The notes: generated from the letters alone by a model not told the origin. Positions 25,566-38,600 are shown, numbered from the stretch's first letter. The stretch: 64,000 bases of DNA from Mobula birostris (GCF_030028105.1 NC_092375.1:54287130-54351129), one strand, 5' to 3'. Numbers and translations: made by a program.

Positions 25566-27864
25566 TGCTATTGCTTTACTAATGTTTTACATCTAAATAC
25601 ATGGATTTTTCCTATATTCTTTGTTGCAAGGTGAAGTTATCAGTATCTCTCCTCTTCACCTACTCTAATATAAAAGAGAAAGAAAAATAGTCTTTCACTA
25701 TTAAATTTATTCTTGCACTCCACATCTCATCTACCCCATGAATTTACAATGTCTACTTAGTTGTGTACTTTTTGTGGAAATGAATTTACAGTTCACATCA
25801 ACCCACTTTTTCCTTTACAGAAGACATTACTTTTTTAGCCATTAATATTCTGGTCCATTATGCTTATAGGTGATCTTGGGCAAATTTCCCCTTAGCTTTT
25901 ATCATGCGCTAGTTCTCTCTAGTGATTAGAAAATAAAATAGGTGCTACATAAATTGATAATTCATTCATAGTTAGTTTTACAGTTGGCTGAAGATGACTT
26001 TCCACCCCCTCTTTTCACCCGTGAAGAAGCTTGATCCGCTAAAAGCCATGTATCACTGCTAATTTCATCCCAGATAATGATGTTTCCTGACAGAACTGGT
26101 ACAAAAATGCAGTCTGAAACCCCTCAGATAATTAAAATTGACTTATTTCTCAGATTTTAGAAGTGATTGATTTTTAAAATCGTACACTTAATTGTGTAAC
26201 TTTCAGCTTTCTAGATCAATATGGAATTAACCCAAACTATTTGCAACAATTACTTCTCATTTACATTTCATTTTTTAGTTTCTTCAAAATCTGTTAATTT
26301 ACTAGTATTTTGATCCCATATAAGAAAGAAAATGCTTTTGGAGCAAAGCACCTGGCTGAATTCAGTTTAGAAATAAAAAAATTACAAGAAGCTAATGTTA
26401 AATGTTAAGAAAAATAATCACTTTGTTGCGCAGTTGGTCTCAAGCATCTCTCTTCCTATAGAATCTCTGCTTTTATTGGTACAAAGTCTTAAAATCAGTT
26501 GTTAAAATAAAATAATTTTTAGGTGTTCTACCCTTGTGTCTACCATAATTTTTATGTGTATGTGAGATATCATTGACTTTGCTTATTGTTCCATCCTCAT
26601 TTCCAAGAAAATAAAAGCCCGTTGTGGTTCCTTAATGTTCTGTTCCAGAAATTAGTGTCTCATTATTTCAGTAAATTCTCCCTCAGATGCAACAATTGCT
26701 CACTCACATTTTGCATTTTGATCCCCTTGAGGAAGACTGAAATCCCCTAGTACAATAGTTTCCAATTTGGGAGTCTGCTAAATATCGCTAAGGTTCCAAA
26801 AAACTTTATTATTATTGAAGTAATTTAGTTAGTTAGAAAGTTCACGAAGTATGAAATAATTAAAAATGAACTTGTTACAACATCTGCCCTACCCACTGCC
26901 AACAGTTGCTGTAATTCTCTGGGACAGTCCAAATTCTTATCAGGAGTGACCCATGACTACATCAGGTGCCTATGTGGGTGGGGGGCAGACACAAATTTTA
27001 CACAGAGTGTGGAAGTAGTACTTTCCTTCAAGAAGAGTGAAAACTAATGACTGAGAATGGGTCCTGATGACCTGCCACACTGTTACCTTAATGTTTCCAT
27101 GAAGTAAGTTCAGTCCTTCACTTTAAATGCCATCAACTGAAGTAGTACCATTTTCATCATTCAATTCCATTGTAATTCAACTGTCTCAGATGAACATTGA
27201 TTCCCATCTCCTGCTTTATTTCCCTGATGCTTCTTAACAAGCACTGAATATTGAAAATGTATTTCTTAACCATCAGCCATTATTTTCTTCCAAACAGGTT
27301 GTTATTTCTACAACATTTTTTACTTTTCTAAGCATCAGTAATTCCAGCTTTAATTCTTTACACTCTCTACATTAATGAAAGTTCACTTCAGGTCCCAGCA
27401 CTAACCCTGCGGTATACCATTGATTCGTGACTTTCAGTCAGAAAATCAACGCACCTTGTGGTACACCACTGTTTACAGACTTGCAGTCAGTAAGATATCA
27501 TCTGTCTAACATCACCAGACTAATTCTGGATCCCATGTGGCCTGACTTTCTGGACCAGCCATTCATGCAGGGCCTTGTCAAAAGTCTGTGTATACAACAT
27601 TTACTGCCTTAAATTCACCAGTCTCAAAAAATCTGATTTGTGAGGCAGGATTTCTCATACACAAAACCATTCAGATCCCGCCTAAATATTCTCTGTCTTT
27701 CCAAGTGATTGAAAGTCCTATTCGCAAAATGTGGATACTCATTTGTTTTGGCTACAAATAAATTATGAATGTATTTGAGTATATCATCTTTAAATCTATT
27801 AAGAAGCTAATCACAGATTCCTAATACACTGTTCTATTTCTTATTGTTATCTCATTTTCACATA

Positions 27865-28340
27865 TTTAAAATTAGAGGTAGTTTGACACTGCTCTGTCCA
27901 TGACCACAAGAAACTGCAGAGAGCTGTGCATTTATTTCAGCACATCACAGAAACCAGCTTCCCCTCGACGGACTCTGCCTACACTTCTCACTGCCTCAGT
28001 ATAGAAGTCAGTATAAAGAACAACCCACCAACCTCAGACATTCTCTCTTTTCATTATTCCTATCAGGTAGAAGATACAAAAGCCTTAAAGCATACACCAC
28101 TAAGCTCAAGGAAAGCTTCCATCCCACTGTTGGAAAACTATTGAACAGTTCCCTACTATTATAAGAATGGCCTTTGACCTCACAATCTACCTTACAACCT
28201 TGCACTTTATTGTCCAATTGCACATGACTTTCTCTGTAATTGTTACACTTTATTCTGCAATCTGCTGTGGCTGTATCTCAATGCACTGTTGTCATAAATT
28301 GATCCGTATAAATGGTGTACAAGACAAGCTTTTCTTTGTA
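27865..28340 (+). mobile_element. Rex1/Babar-type LINE 3' end
   Basis: CCTATCAGGTAGAAGATACAAAAGCC..GGAAAGCTTCCATCCCACTG, similar to 17990-18060. Confidence 0.65.
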
Positions 28341-29469
28341 CCTTGGTACATTCACCTATTTCATTTTTGTGATAAGCCTGGTTTCATCTATAAGTTGCAG
28401 TTTAAAACTTAAAGATATCAAATGAACATGTAGAACGAGCTGCCAGTGCAAGTGGTGCATGTGAGCTTGATTTTATTGTTTAAGAGAAGCTTGGATAGGT
28501 ACATGGATAGTAGGGCTAGCGAGGGCTATGGTCCCAGTGCAGGTTGATGGGAGTAGGAAGCTTAAATGGTTTCAGCTTGGACAAGATGGGCCAAAGGTCC
28601 TCTTTCCGTGCTGTATTTTTCTATGACTCTGTGACTCTATCAAGGATAGCTTTGAAAAATAACACAAAACCTAGTCAGGTAGTGTAGGCTTGCGGTTATA
28701 TTGTTGTTGAATGAGTCATTTGAATGTGAGATCACAAAGATAACAAAATTTTAGGCAACATTTGCAGTCAGACCATTGTTTACTCCCAATAGCAGACAAA
28801 AAAAAAGTATTTTCAAACATTTCCCATCTGTGAAAATTCTAGTGCTTCCCCATTAAGCCAGTAAGCTTCTAACTCCTGGACAGGCATTGCAGTTTTGAGG
28901 ATAGACTACACTTAGTTTTCATTCAGGGTGGGAACACAAAATCTTGCTAAGCTTGGCATTTCTCTTCTAGGCAGTCCTTCAGGGTGCGGGTGGCTTGTTT
29001 CTACTCAAATTCTGAGGGTTATGTGGTCTGAGGTGTAATATGGCTTAAGAGGCCATTGTGGGACCTACTGATTCTGCTGGAAGGGCTTACTGGGATGGGC
29101 GGGTGGGTAGTTTGATGTCGATGCTCTCCTTCTGCTATTTTTTTACCAGGTTGTTGGCTGCTCCTGTCAAATAACCCTGCTTTCTGAATGGTCCTTCTCA
29201 ACTAGAAGTGGTCATTGGCCAGAGGTTCCCATAAGTCAAGTGAATTGTTGCATTTCTTCAAGGAGATGTCCTTGAGAACAGATTGAATTCCCTCCACTGT
29301 GCACCCAGCACTTTCTCCCCATGATAGGTTGGGGTGTCTGTTTCAGGAAGAATGTAGTCGTCATGCCAATCAGGTAGCCTGTCCAACAGAACGGATGGAA
29401 TGCATTAGAAATATTTTGCAAAAGTAGTTACTGGTGTTATTCCACCCCTCCCCTTGCTTTGAAGTGGCT

Positions 29470-30760
29470 GTTGTAAGCTGTCTGTAGCTTAGAGCGACGC
29501 TGGATGGCAGGGCTCGCTGCTGCTTAGTGGAACCTAGCACCAGGTTCGATTTCCTGATCCTCATGGGCTCTTTCCCTCAGCAAGGCGGCACTGGTTCACT
29601 GAAAGCAATGCCCGCCTTCAGAACGTTATAACTCTCGATTTACTGTAAGTATTACACATTTCCCAGGACTTTACTATCGGAGCGCAGTGTTGGCAGTGGA
29701 GCGTTGCAGTTGTTAGTATACGGCTCGTTCACTCACTTTCTTCGGTGAACAACTTAGCAATAATTTGGAAATCACAAGTATTACCTGCACATTACAACTT
29801 GACTGAAACGGTGGCAACCTTGATTCTGGGACAGAACTTTCCCTATTTGCTCTGTACATTATTCGATTCCAACAGTAAGCTTGTCTGAGTAACAGGCAAC
29901 AAGAAGCTACATATCCAATCTCCCATCTGAACACCGACAATCGGCAAACTAAGAGAAATGCTTATCGTAATACGTTGCAGAAATGCATATCATTCAGGGT
30001 CTTGACCCTAGCCTCTGCAAATGCTTTTCCCTTTCCAATACGCACCTCCCCACAACGAAATTGAGCACCAGGTATAGAGTGCAGAACAGACTATATTGGC
30101 GTACTCTTTAAAGAAACAAATCGGCAAGCCGATGTCGAATGCATCAGTTTGAAACATTATTTTCAATGCACTTACTATTGTTATTTCAGCTCTTTACACC
30201 GTTGCATTCTTTTTTAATTAAACTGGCTGCAAAATACAACTCAAACGCGTTGTTTTTTGCATGCCTTTGTGAAGCTGTATATTACTATACTAGTCTCTTT
30301 CCTTTAACATTCCTCCTCCTTTCTCCTCATCCTCAGCTGACCCCGATTTCCCAGTTCACTATCCTGTTAAGCCATTCGGCAGAACATACTGAGCTAAAGA
30401 AAACGTTAACGATTCTCACCGTCGGCCAGAGAGACCAGCAGAGCGAGCGCAAGGAGTTTCATTTGGAGATTGTCAAGCGGTTCGAAGATCCGGTTCCAAT
30501 TCGCCGCAGAAGGTAAACTATTTTTCCGGGTAAGATCCACTGAGCGCAGCCGGCTGGATGCCTGCACTTTATTGGGAAGCTATTTCGATAGTGAATTTGG
30601 CCCAGAACCAATTTACGCACACTCTGTTAAAATTACCGACATCCACATGCCTTTTATTTCAGTTCCCGAAATGAATACTAAATTGCTTGAAGGAAGTAAC
30701 GTGCACGCCCCTTTCTCAATTTACATCAATAGAGGAATATGAGTACGTGTGCGTGTGTCC
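29470..30760. promoter_or_regulatory. CpG-enriched, repeat-poor region around the first exon (probable promoter of the CD200-like gene)
   Basis: CpG density visibly above the depleted background; contains the ATG exon; TATA-like ATAAAAG on the minus strand near 30651-30657, about 190 nt upstream of the ATG. Confidence 0.55.
30420..30462 (-). CDS. CD200-like: CD200/OX-2-like gene, exon 1 (signal peptide)
   Basis: CCAAATG AAA CTC CTT GCG CTC GCT CTG CTG GTC TCT CTG GCC GAC G|gtgaga = MKLLALALLVSLAD(A). The phase-1 donor joins CT of exon 2 to give ...LADA-QSPIV, a plausible cleavage site. Confidence 0.82.
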
Positions 30761-30931
30761 GTAAACCCGATCACTTTAAAAACTTCCTTACTTCTGAGGG
30801 AGTATTAAACAACAGTTTCATTATCATTATTAGTTCACAACTCTAAACTATAGAATAATTATTTTACGTCTATACCGCGGGAAGCAAAAGACTTGGGGTT
30901 ACAAGGGTCGCTAATCTTTGTACCATTGATT

Positions 30932-31709
30932 ACGCTGGACAACAAAGATTTTAATTCCTGAATACTTTTGAATGGCTCTTATGGATTTTGGGCAGCAAAG
31001 GATTTCACCATGAAACATCCCTCTCAAGCACCATTTTAAAAATTCGCCTATATGTTATTTCAATTCATAATTCAACTGATGCCAAGATTAAGGAGGTACT
31101 TTTGTTGGTACGCAAATCAAAAGGTCATCAAAGACAGGTAATTCGAAGAATTTCTAGTGGGACCTGAGAAACTTGCATGGAAGGCATCCAAATATGTTGC
31201 TGAAAAATTTCTTTGCAAGTACAGAGCACCGAACATGCTTCAAGCCATACAGAATCACGAAGTGTAACATGTCACTAAAGATTCATTTTCTGCATTCCCA
31301 TTTAGACTTCTTCCCTACAAATCTGGGCACTGTCAGTGATGAGCATGGTGAATGGTTTCACTGGGACATTGTGGTCATGGAGAAATGCTATCAGGGTAAC
31401 CGGAATCCATCAACAACAGCAGATTATGGATGAACACGGACGCAAGAAGCCTCAGACACTGAGTAAAAACAGAAATCATCAATAAAACGTTTTAGCTTAG
31501 TCGAACTATTGCAAAGTGTCAGGATCATTGTGCAATTAAATGCATTTTTTCAATAAAAGTTAATTTCTTGTTTCTCCAAATTCCTACCCGATAGACTCCA
31601 AATTTCCACTTGATAGTTTGAAATATTTGTGTTCAGCCTCATGAGGTCTATAATAAACAAAAAAAAATTCTGAGGAAGCAATACTTACAAAAAAGATGTT
31701 GTCCAGTGT
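30932..31709 (+). mobile_element. Internally deleted DDE DNA transposon, Sola-like (subgroup not resolved)
   Basis: TIRs ACGCTGGACAACA (30932-30944) and TGTTGTCCAGTGT (31697-31709), 12/13 match; C-terminal transposase MSLKIHFLHSHLDFFPTNLGTVSDEHGEWFHWDIVVMEKCYQG. No clean TSD seen. Confidence 0.65.
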
Positions 31710-32489
31710 TTTTGCTAAGCCAAAACATGGGATGGGAGAAAGTTTTCCACACACGCTATTACTACTACTTGAAGGTTATAGCAAATGCCCTGGCATCAAG
31801 GACCCTAGGACCAACTGAGACACTTTGGATTATTGTTCAGTTTGTTCTGGAGCCCTGGTTTGTTAGGTTGGTTCTGTGCTTCTGAGTAACTTGTATACTC
31901 CTGCTACCAGCAGGTTTCCACTGAGACAGCCTGCAGAGTGGCCATTCATTCTGAATGGGGTAACAGAATCCAAAAAAAAATTAATCCCCAGCTCTAACAT
32001 AAATCGCTCCAGATCAGTACAGAGCCATAGAGTTATACAACACAAAAAAGGCTCTTTGACCCAACTTATCCCTGACCAAGGCTGAACTAGAACCATTTGG
32101 CTGCTGCATTTGGCCCCTACCCCTCAGAAGTTTTCCATAAACCTGTCTAACGCTTCTTTTGGCAGCTCCTTCTATACACCCATCACCCAATGTAATGAAA
32201 AATGTGCTTCTCACATCCCCTTTAAACCTTCCCTTCTTCTTGTTAATCTACGTCCTCTAATTTTAGAATCTTCGAACCATGGGAAAGGACTGTGACCATT
32301 CGCTTTACCTATGCCCCTCAATATAAAATGTTGTGCTTATTACAATGGATCTTATTGGTTTGCCTATGGAGTTGATAACTGATAACAGAAAGGGGTTGAG
32401 AGAGATGCGGTGGAATGGCAGAGCAGACCTGATGGGCTGAATAATCTAATTCTGCTCCTATGTCTTGTAGTCTGTTTACAAAGTTGTCA

Positions 32490-33055
32490 AAAGTTGAGAG
32501 TTCAGACTATATATAAATTAGCATATTCTCTTTGAGTTTATTTTCTTGCAAGCATTTACAGGGAAAAATGAGATACAATAGAATTTTACAAAAAAACTAT
32601 ATAAACAGACAAACAACACACACAAAAAATGCTGGTGAATGCAGCAGGCCAGGCAGCATCTATAGGAAGAGGTACAGTGGACGTTTCGGGCCAGGACCCT
32701 TTGTCAGGACTAACTGAAAGAAGAGATAGTAAGAGATTTGAAAGTGGGAAGTGGAGGGGGAGATCTGAAATGATAGGAGAGGAGATAAAGACTGATTAAC
32801 ACCAATATGCAAATCAGAATATACTGAGAACACGGGTTGTAAAGAGTCCTTGAGAGTGAATCTATAGGTCGTTAAATCTGCTCAGAATAGTAGTGAATGA
32901 AGTTATCCACACCAGTTCAGGAGCCTGATGGTTGTAAGCTAATAACTGTTCCTGGATCTGCTGATGTGGGACCTAAGGCTTCTGTATCTCCTGCTCGACG
33001 GTAGTAACAAGAAGGGGGCATGCCCTGGATGGTGGGGGACTTTGACGATGGTTTA
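32490..33055 (-). mobile_element. Rex1/Babar-type 3' end containing a Penelope pLTR fragment (~32605-32785)
   Basis: Rex-type tail on the minus strand; inner CACACAAAAAATGCTGG..GGACGTTTCGGGCCAGGACCCTTTGTCAGGACT. Confidence 0.65.
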
Positions 33056-33419
33056 AAGATAGAGTTGAAAATAATATCTACACATCAACTTGACAAATAT
33101 AGATCATTTTGGATATTCACCAGATGGAGCAGCAAAGTTAGCCAGGATAGGAACACTGTCAATCACCCACTCTAATGTTTTCCATATGCATTCTCTTTAT
33201 CACCAACTGAAAGTATCAGCTTAGGCCTTGGGGAAATCATATAACTCTGCAAAAATTCAGTTGAAGTTATTGTGGAGAGGGTGATGAATTCCTGTGGAAT
33301 ATCAAACCTCCTCCAGAATTGAACTGCTAGAAGCAGCAAAAACTGCTGATTCAGACAAACATTTGTGTTGTGTACAAGGACACATTCACACGGGAGGTTC
33401 TGCAACTTCAGACAATATA

Positions 33420-36005
33420 AGACCTTAAGTCTATAAGACCATAAGATACAGGAGCAGAATTAGGCCATTTGGCCCATTGAGTCCACCCTTCTATCCCATC
33501 ATGGCTGACGCATTCCTCCTCTCAGCCCCATTCTTCTTTCTTCTGGATGCATCCTTCATGCTCTAAGCTATCAAGAATCTATCAACCTCTGTCTTAAATA
33601 TAGACATTTAAGACTTGACCTCTACAGCTGCCCATGGCAATAAATTCTACAGATTCACCACTATTTGGCTAAATAATTTCCTATTCATCTCTGTTCTAAA
33701 AGGGCACTCCTCTATTCTGAGGCTGTGTCCTTTGGTCCTAGACTCTCCTACCATAGTAAACATCCTCTCCACATCCACTCTATCAAGGCCTTTCACCATT
33801 CAAAAGGTTTCAATTAGGTCACCCCTTATTCTTCTGAATTCTAGTGAATACAGGCCCAAACCTACCAAACACTCTTCATAAGACACAGCATACCATTTCT
33901 AAGATAAGGGGACTAAAACTGCTCACAATACTCCAAGTGAGGCCTCACCAGTACTTTATAAACCCTGAACATTCCATTCCTGCTTTTATATTCTAGTCCT
34001 CTTCAAATGAAATCTAACTCCTTCCTCACCACAGACTCATCCGGCAAATTAAACTTTAGGGAATCCTGCACAAAGACTCCAAAGTCCCCTTGCACCTCAG
34101 AGTTTTGAATTTTCTCTCCTATTAGAAAATAGTCTACCCTTTTATTTCTTCTACCAAAGTGCATGACTGTGCACTTCCTGACACTGTATTTCATTGCCCC
34201 TTCTCCTAATCTGTCTAAATCCTTCTGTAGCCTCTTTACTTCTTCAAAACTACCTACTCCACCACCTATCTTCATATTGTCTGCAAACTTTGCAACAAAG
34301 TCATCAATTCCATTATCCAAGTCATTGATATATAACATAAAAAGAAACAGTCCCAACACAGACCCCTCTGGAACACCACTAGTCACAAGCAGCCAACCAG
34401 AAGAGGCTCCCTTTATTCCCACTCTTTGTTTCCAGCCAATCAACCACTGCTTTAGCCATGCTGGAATCTTTCCTGTAATGCCATTGGCTCTTAACTTGTT
34501 AAGCAGCCTCATGTATGACAGCTTGTCAAAAGCCTTCAGAAAATCGAAGTACACAACAAACATCAACTGATTCTCCTTTGTCTATTCTGCTTGTTATTTC
34601 TTTAAATAATTCTAACATATTTGTCAGGCAAGGTTTTCCCTTTTGGAAATCATCCCGACTATGGCCTATTTTATCATGTGCTACCAAGTACCCCAAAACC
34701 ACATTCTTAACAATTGACTCCAACATCTTCCCAATCACTGAGGTCAGACCAATTGGCCTATAATGTCTTTTCTTCTGCCCCTCTCTCTTGTTGAAGAGTG
34801 GAATGACATTACAATTTTTCAATCTTCTGGAACCATTCCAGAATCTAGTGATTCCTGAAAGATTATTACTAACGCCTCCACAATTTCTTCAGCCACCTCT
34901 TCCTGAACATTGGGGTGTACACCATCTGGTCCAAGTGACTTATCTCCTTCAGACTTTTCAGTTTCCCAAGAACTTTCTCCCTAGTAATGGCAACTTCACA
35001 CACTTCCGACTCCTGACACTCTTGAACTTCCACCATACTGCTAGTGTCTTCCAAAGTGAAGACTGATACCCCGCTGAGGGTAACAGACACCAACAGAATC
35101 AAGAAACTCATTCGTAAGGCCAGTGATGTTGTGGGGATGGAACTGGACTCTCTCACGGTGGTGTCTGAAAAGAGGATGCTGTCTAAGTTGCATGCCATCT
35201 TGGACAATGTCTCCCATCCACTACATAATGTACTGGGTGGGCACAGGAGTACATTCAGCCAGAGACTCATTCCACCGTGATGTAACACAGAGTGTCATAG
35301 GAAGTCATTTCTGCCTGTGGCTATCAAACTTTACAACTGCTCCCTTGAATGGTCAGACACCCTGAGCCAATAGACTGGTCCTGGATTTATTTCATAATTT
35401 ACTGGCATAATTTACATATTACTATTTAACTATTTTTGGTTTTATTACTATTTATTATTTATGGTGCAACTGTAACGAAAACCAATTTCCCCCAGGATCA
35501 ATAAAGTATGACTATGACTAAATACTTATTCAGTTCATCAGCCATTTCCTTGTCCCCCATTATTACCTCTCCAGCATTGTTTTTCAGTGCCTGATGTCCA
35601 CTCTTGCCCCTCTTTTACACTTAATGTATCTGAAGGTATTTTTGGTATCCTCTTTAATATTACTGGCTAGATTTCTTTCATATTCCATCTTTTCCTTCTT
35701 AATGACTTTAAATAGTTACTTTCTGTTGGTTGTTAAAAACTTCCTAATCCTCTTCCCACTAATTTTTGCTCTATTACATGCCTTCTCTTTGGCTTTTATG
35801 TTGTCTTTGACATCTTTTGTTAGCCATAGTCATGTCATCTTGCCTTTAGATAATTTCTTCCTCTTTGGGATGTATATATCCTGTACCTTACAAATTGCTT
35901 TCAGAAATTCCAGCCATTGTTGCTCTGCTGTCATCCCTGCCACTGTTCTTTTCCAATCAATTTTGGACAACTCCTCTCTCATGCCTCTGTAATTCTCTTT
36001 ACTCC
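33420..36005 (-). mobile_element. Decayed CR1 ORF2 (RT) with 3' end at 33420, split by a Rex insertion
   Basis: ORFs 34003-34566 (VVYFDFLKAFDK..GVPEGSVLG..KFADNMK) and 34526-34822 (HYRPIGLTS..KGKPCLTN). Confidence 0.9.
35070..35520 (+). mobile_element. Rex1/Babar-type 5'-truncated LINE nested in CR1
   Basis: RIKKLIRKASDVVG..RMLSKLHAILDNVSHPLH..FSQRLI; tail ATCAATAAAGTATGACTATGACTA. Confidence 0.85.
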
Positions 36006-36269
36006 TTTGCAATATGTTCAGCTTCAGTGGAGGGCATGTAACACTATCCCATTAATGGGGATGGCATGGAACTATTGTCAAATGTTATCCATGCCAAAGC
36101 TGATTTGCAAATAGAACAAACGTACATCAATGCACATTATAATCCAACTATGAAGCAAAAATTAAACAAACTGACCTTTTAAAACAAAGCTAATGTAAAG
36201 ACTACTCATACAATAAGGTCTAGAATACACAGTTGCACAGTTGTTTTGAAAGTGTGGACACAATGTTGA

Positions 36270-37740
36270 AAAGGCATATGACGAGATGGGCCAAAACCAG
36301 CATGGTTCCTGAAAGGAAAATCCTGACCTGACTAACCTACTGCAATTTTTTTGAGGAAATTACAAGCAGGGTAGACAAAGGAGTAGGTGTGATGTACTTA
36401 GATTTTCAGAAGGCCTTTGACAAGTGCGGCACATGAGGCTGCTTAGCAAGATAAGATTCCATGGAATTACAGAGAGTTACTAGCATGGGTGGAACATTTC
36501 CTGATCAGCAGAAAACAGAATGGGAATAAAGGGAGCCTATTCTGGCTGGCTGCCAGTTACCAGTGGATTTCCACAGGGGTCGGTGTTGGGACCGCTGCTT
36601 TTTACGATGTATGTCAATGATTTGGACTATGGGATGAATGGATTTGTGGCTAAGTTTGCTGATGATATAAAGATAGGTGGAAGAGCGAGTAGTGTTGAGG
36701 AAACAGAGAGCCTGCAGAGGACTTAGATAGTTTAGGGGAATGAGAAAAGAAGTGGCAAAGGAAATACAATGTTGGAAAGTGTATGGTCATGCACTTTGGT
36801 AGAAGAAATAAACGGGCAGACTACTATTTAGATGGAGAGAGAATTCAAAATGCAGAGATGCAAAGGGACTTGGGAGTCCTTGTGCAAGATACCCTAAAGA
36901 CTAACCTCCAAGTTGAGTTGGTGGTGAAGGAGGCAAATGCAATGTTGGCATTCATTTCTAGAGGTATAGAATATAAGAGCAGGGGTGTGATGTTGAGGCT
37001 CTACAAGGCACTCGAGAGACCACATTTGGAGTATTGTGTGTGGTTTTGGTCTCCTTATTTTAGAAAGGATGTACTGACGTTGGAGAGGGTTCAGAGAAGA
37101 TTCACGAGAATGATTCCAGGAATGAGAGGGTTACCGTATGAGGAACGTCTGGCAGCTCTTGGGCTGTATTCCCTGGAGTTCAGGAGAATGAGGAGGGATC
37201 TCATAGGAACATCCCAAATGTTAAAAGGCCTGAACAGATAAGATATTTCCTATGTAGGGGAGTCCAGGACAAGAGGGCACGACTTTAGGATTGAAGGATG
37301 TCCATTTAGAACCGAGATGCAAAGAAATTACTTTAGTCAGAAGGTGATAAATCTAGAGCAGGGGTCCCCTATCTTTTTTGCACTGCGGACCGGTTTAATA
37401 TTGACAATATTCTTGCGGAATGGCTGACGGGGGAGGGGGGTGTTCCAGTTCAACAGTGCGTGACAGGGAATGAGGAAAGTTGCAGCTGACTCATATCGTT
37501 TCATATTGCCAAATCATATTGTTTTCTTGCGGCCTGGTAGCACATCTTTGTGGCCCAGTACCGGTCTGCGGCCTGGTGGTTGGGGATCACTGGCTCTAGA
37601 GCACAGTACCATTAAAGAGGACTACAAAGAACTGGCTGGGAGAGGTGGGGGAGCAAATTTGGGATTGCTTTGAGTCAGTGGACTAGACCACTTTCAAGGG
37701 TTTATCAATAGACCTAAATTAACATGTAACAATCAACACT
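36270..37740 (+). mobile_element. CR1 LINE RT 3' half
   Basis: ORFs 36520-36726 (FPQGSVLGPLLF..KFADDIK) and 36783-37241. Confidence 0.9.
37359..37592 (-). mobile_element. hAT (Charlie/Buster) MITE, short derivative of the 39987-41216 family
   Basis: CAGGGGTCCCC...GGGGATCACTG ends; flanks ATCTAGAG and CTCTAGAG (NTCTAGAN target, 7/8 match, 1 extra base); both ends match the 39987-41216 element inverted. Confidence 0.88.
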
Positions 37741-37804
37741 AATTTCATAAGAATGTGTATGGGTAAGTGTATAACCACAAAAATATTCTTTCTCAATGAG
37801 TAGT

Positions 37805-38600
37805 CCTGGATGAACCAGGAGATTCGGGACCTGCTGAGGACTAGAACTGAAGTGTTTAGGGCTGGTGATCCAGAGTCATATAAAGAAGAAGAAGAAGAAA
37901 GCCCTTAACTCTGAGTGGAGTCATTGGGACGCCATCATGATGGCGTTTTTTTAGCAGGCTTTCTTACTTTTACGAGACCGAGTTGCTAGCTCGACGCTCA
38001 ACCCAGCACGGATGGAAAGCGGGCAAGGGAACTGGCTGGATTCGAACTTGGGAGCATTCGCTCCGAAGTCCGGCGCTGATGCCACTACGCCATCAGCTGG
38101 CAGAGTCATATAGGAAGTCCATATATGATTGTAAGGCCATTACAAGCTCAAAGAGACAACTTCAGACTAAATTGAAATCACAGACACTGTAGATGCTTGA
38201 CAGCATTGGTAGAGATTGGACAATATTACTTTCTACAAGGTGAGATTAGTTAGCAAAAGTGGCAACAACCCATCACTCCCATCTGTTCAATGCCTTTTAT
38301 GCACACTTTGACAAGGAGAAGTATGGCACACATACAAATCCATACATCTCCAGATTACTCCATAATCTTAGTCTCTGAGGTTGATATTTGTGCTTCCTTC
38401 AAGACGGCGAACCCAAAAGATAGTGTACATACTGAATACTCAAGATCTGTACATAACAAGTGGCAGGAATGTGTATTGGTATATTCAGCCCCTTACTTCA
38501 GCAGTTTAAGGTTCCCATCTGCTTCAGAAAGGCATCTATTGTACCGGTTCCCAAGAAGATCTTGGTGATGTGCCTCAAATACTATTGTCCTGTTGCACAT
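37805..38600 (+). mobile_element. Rex1/Babar-type LINE fragment, host of a SINE
   Basis: WMNQEIRDLLRTRTEVFRAGDPESY|RKSIYD.. reads contiguously once the SINE is removed. Confidence 0.75.
37883..38101 (-). mobile_element. tRNA-derived SINE with (TTC)n tail and 11-bp TSD
   Basis: Minus-strand head GCCAGCTGATGGCGTAGTGGCATCAGCGCCGGACTTCGGAGCGAATGCTCCCAAGTTCGAATCC (A and B boxes); TSD AGAGTCATATA at 37872-37882 and 38102-38112. Confidence 0.85.

Noticed and set aside
25970-26120. Short open frame on the minus strand (DCIFVPVLSGNIIIWDEISSDTWLL...) as an extra exon in intron 1
   Set aside because: No recognisable domain and no phase-compatible donor/acceptor pair identified.
29520-29560. B-box-like GGTTCGATTTCC as a tRNA or SINE
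   Set aside because: No cloverleaf or SINE body could be traced around it.
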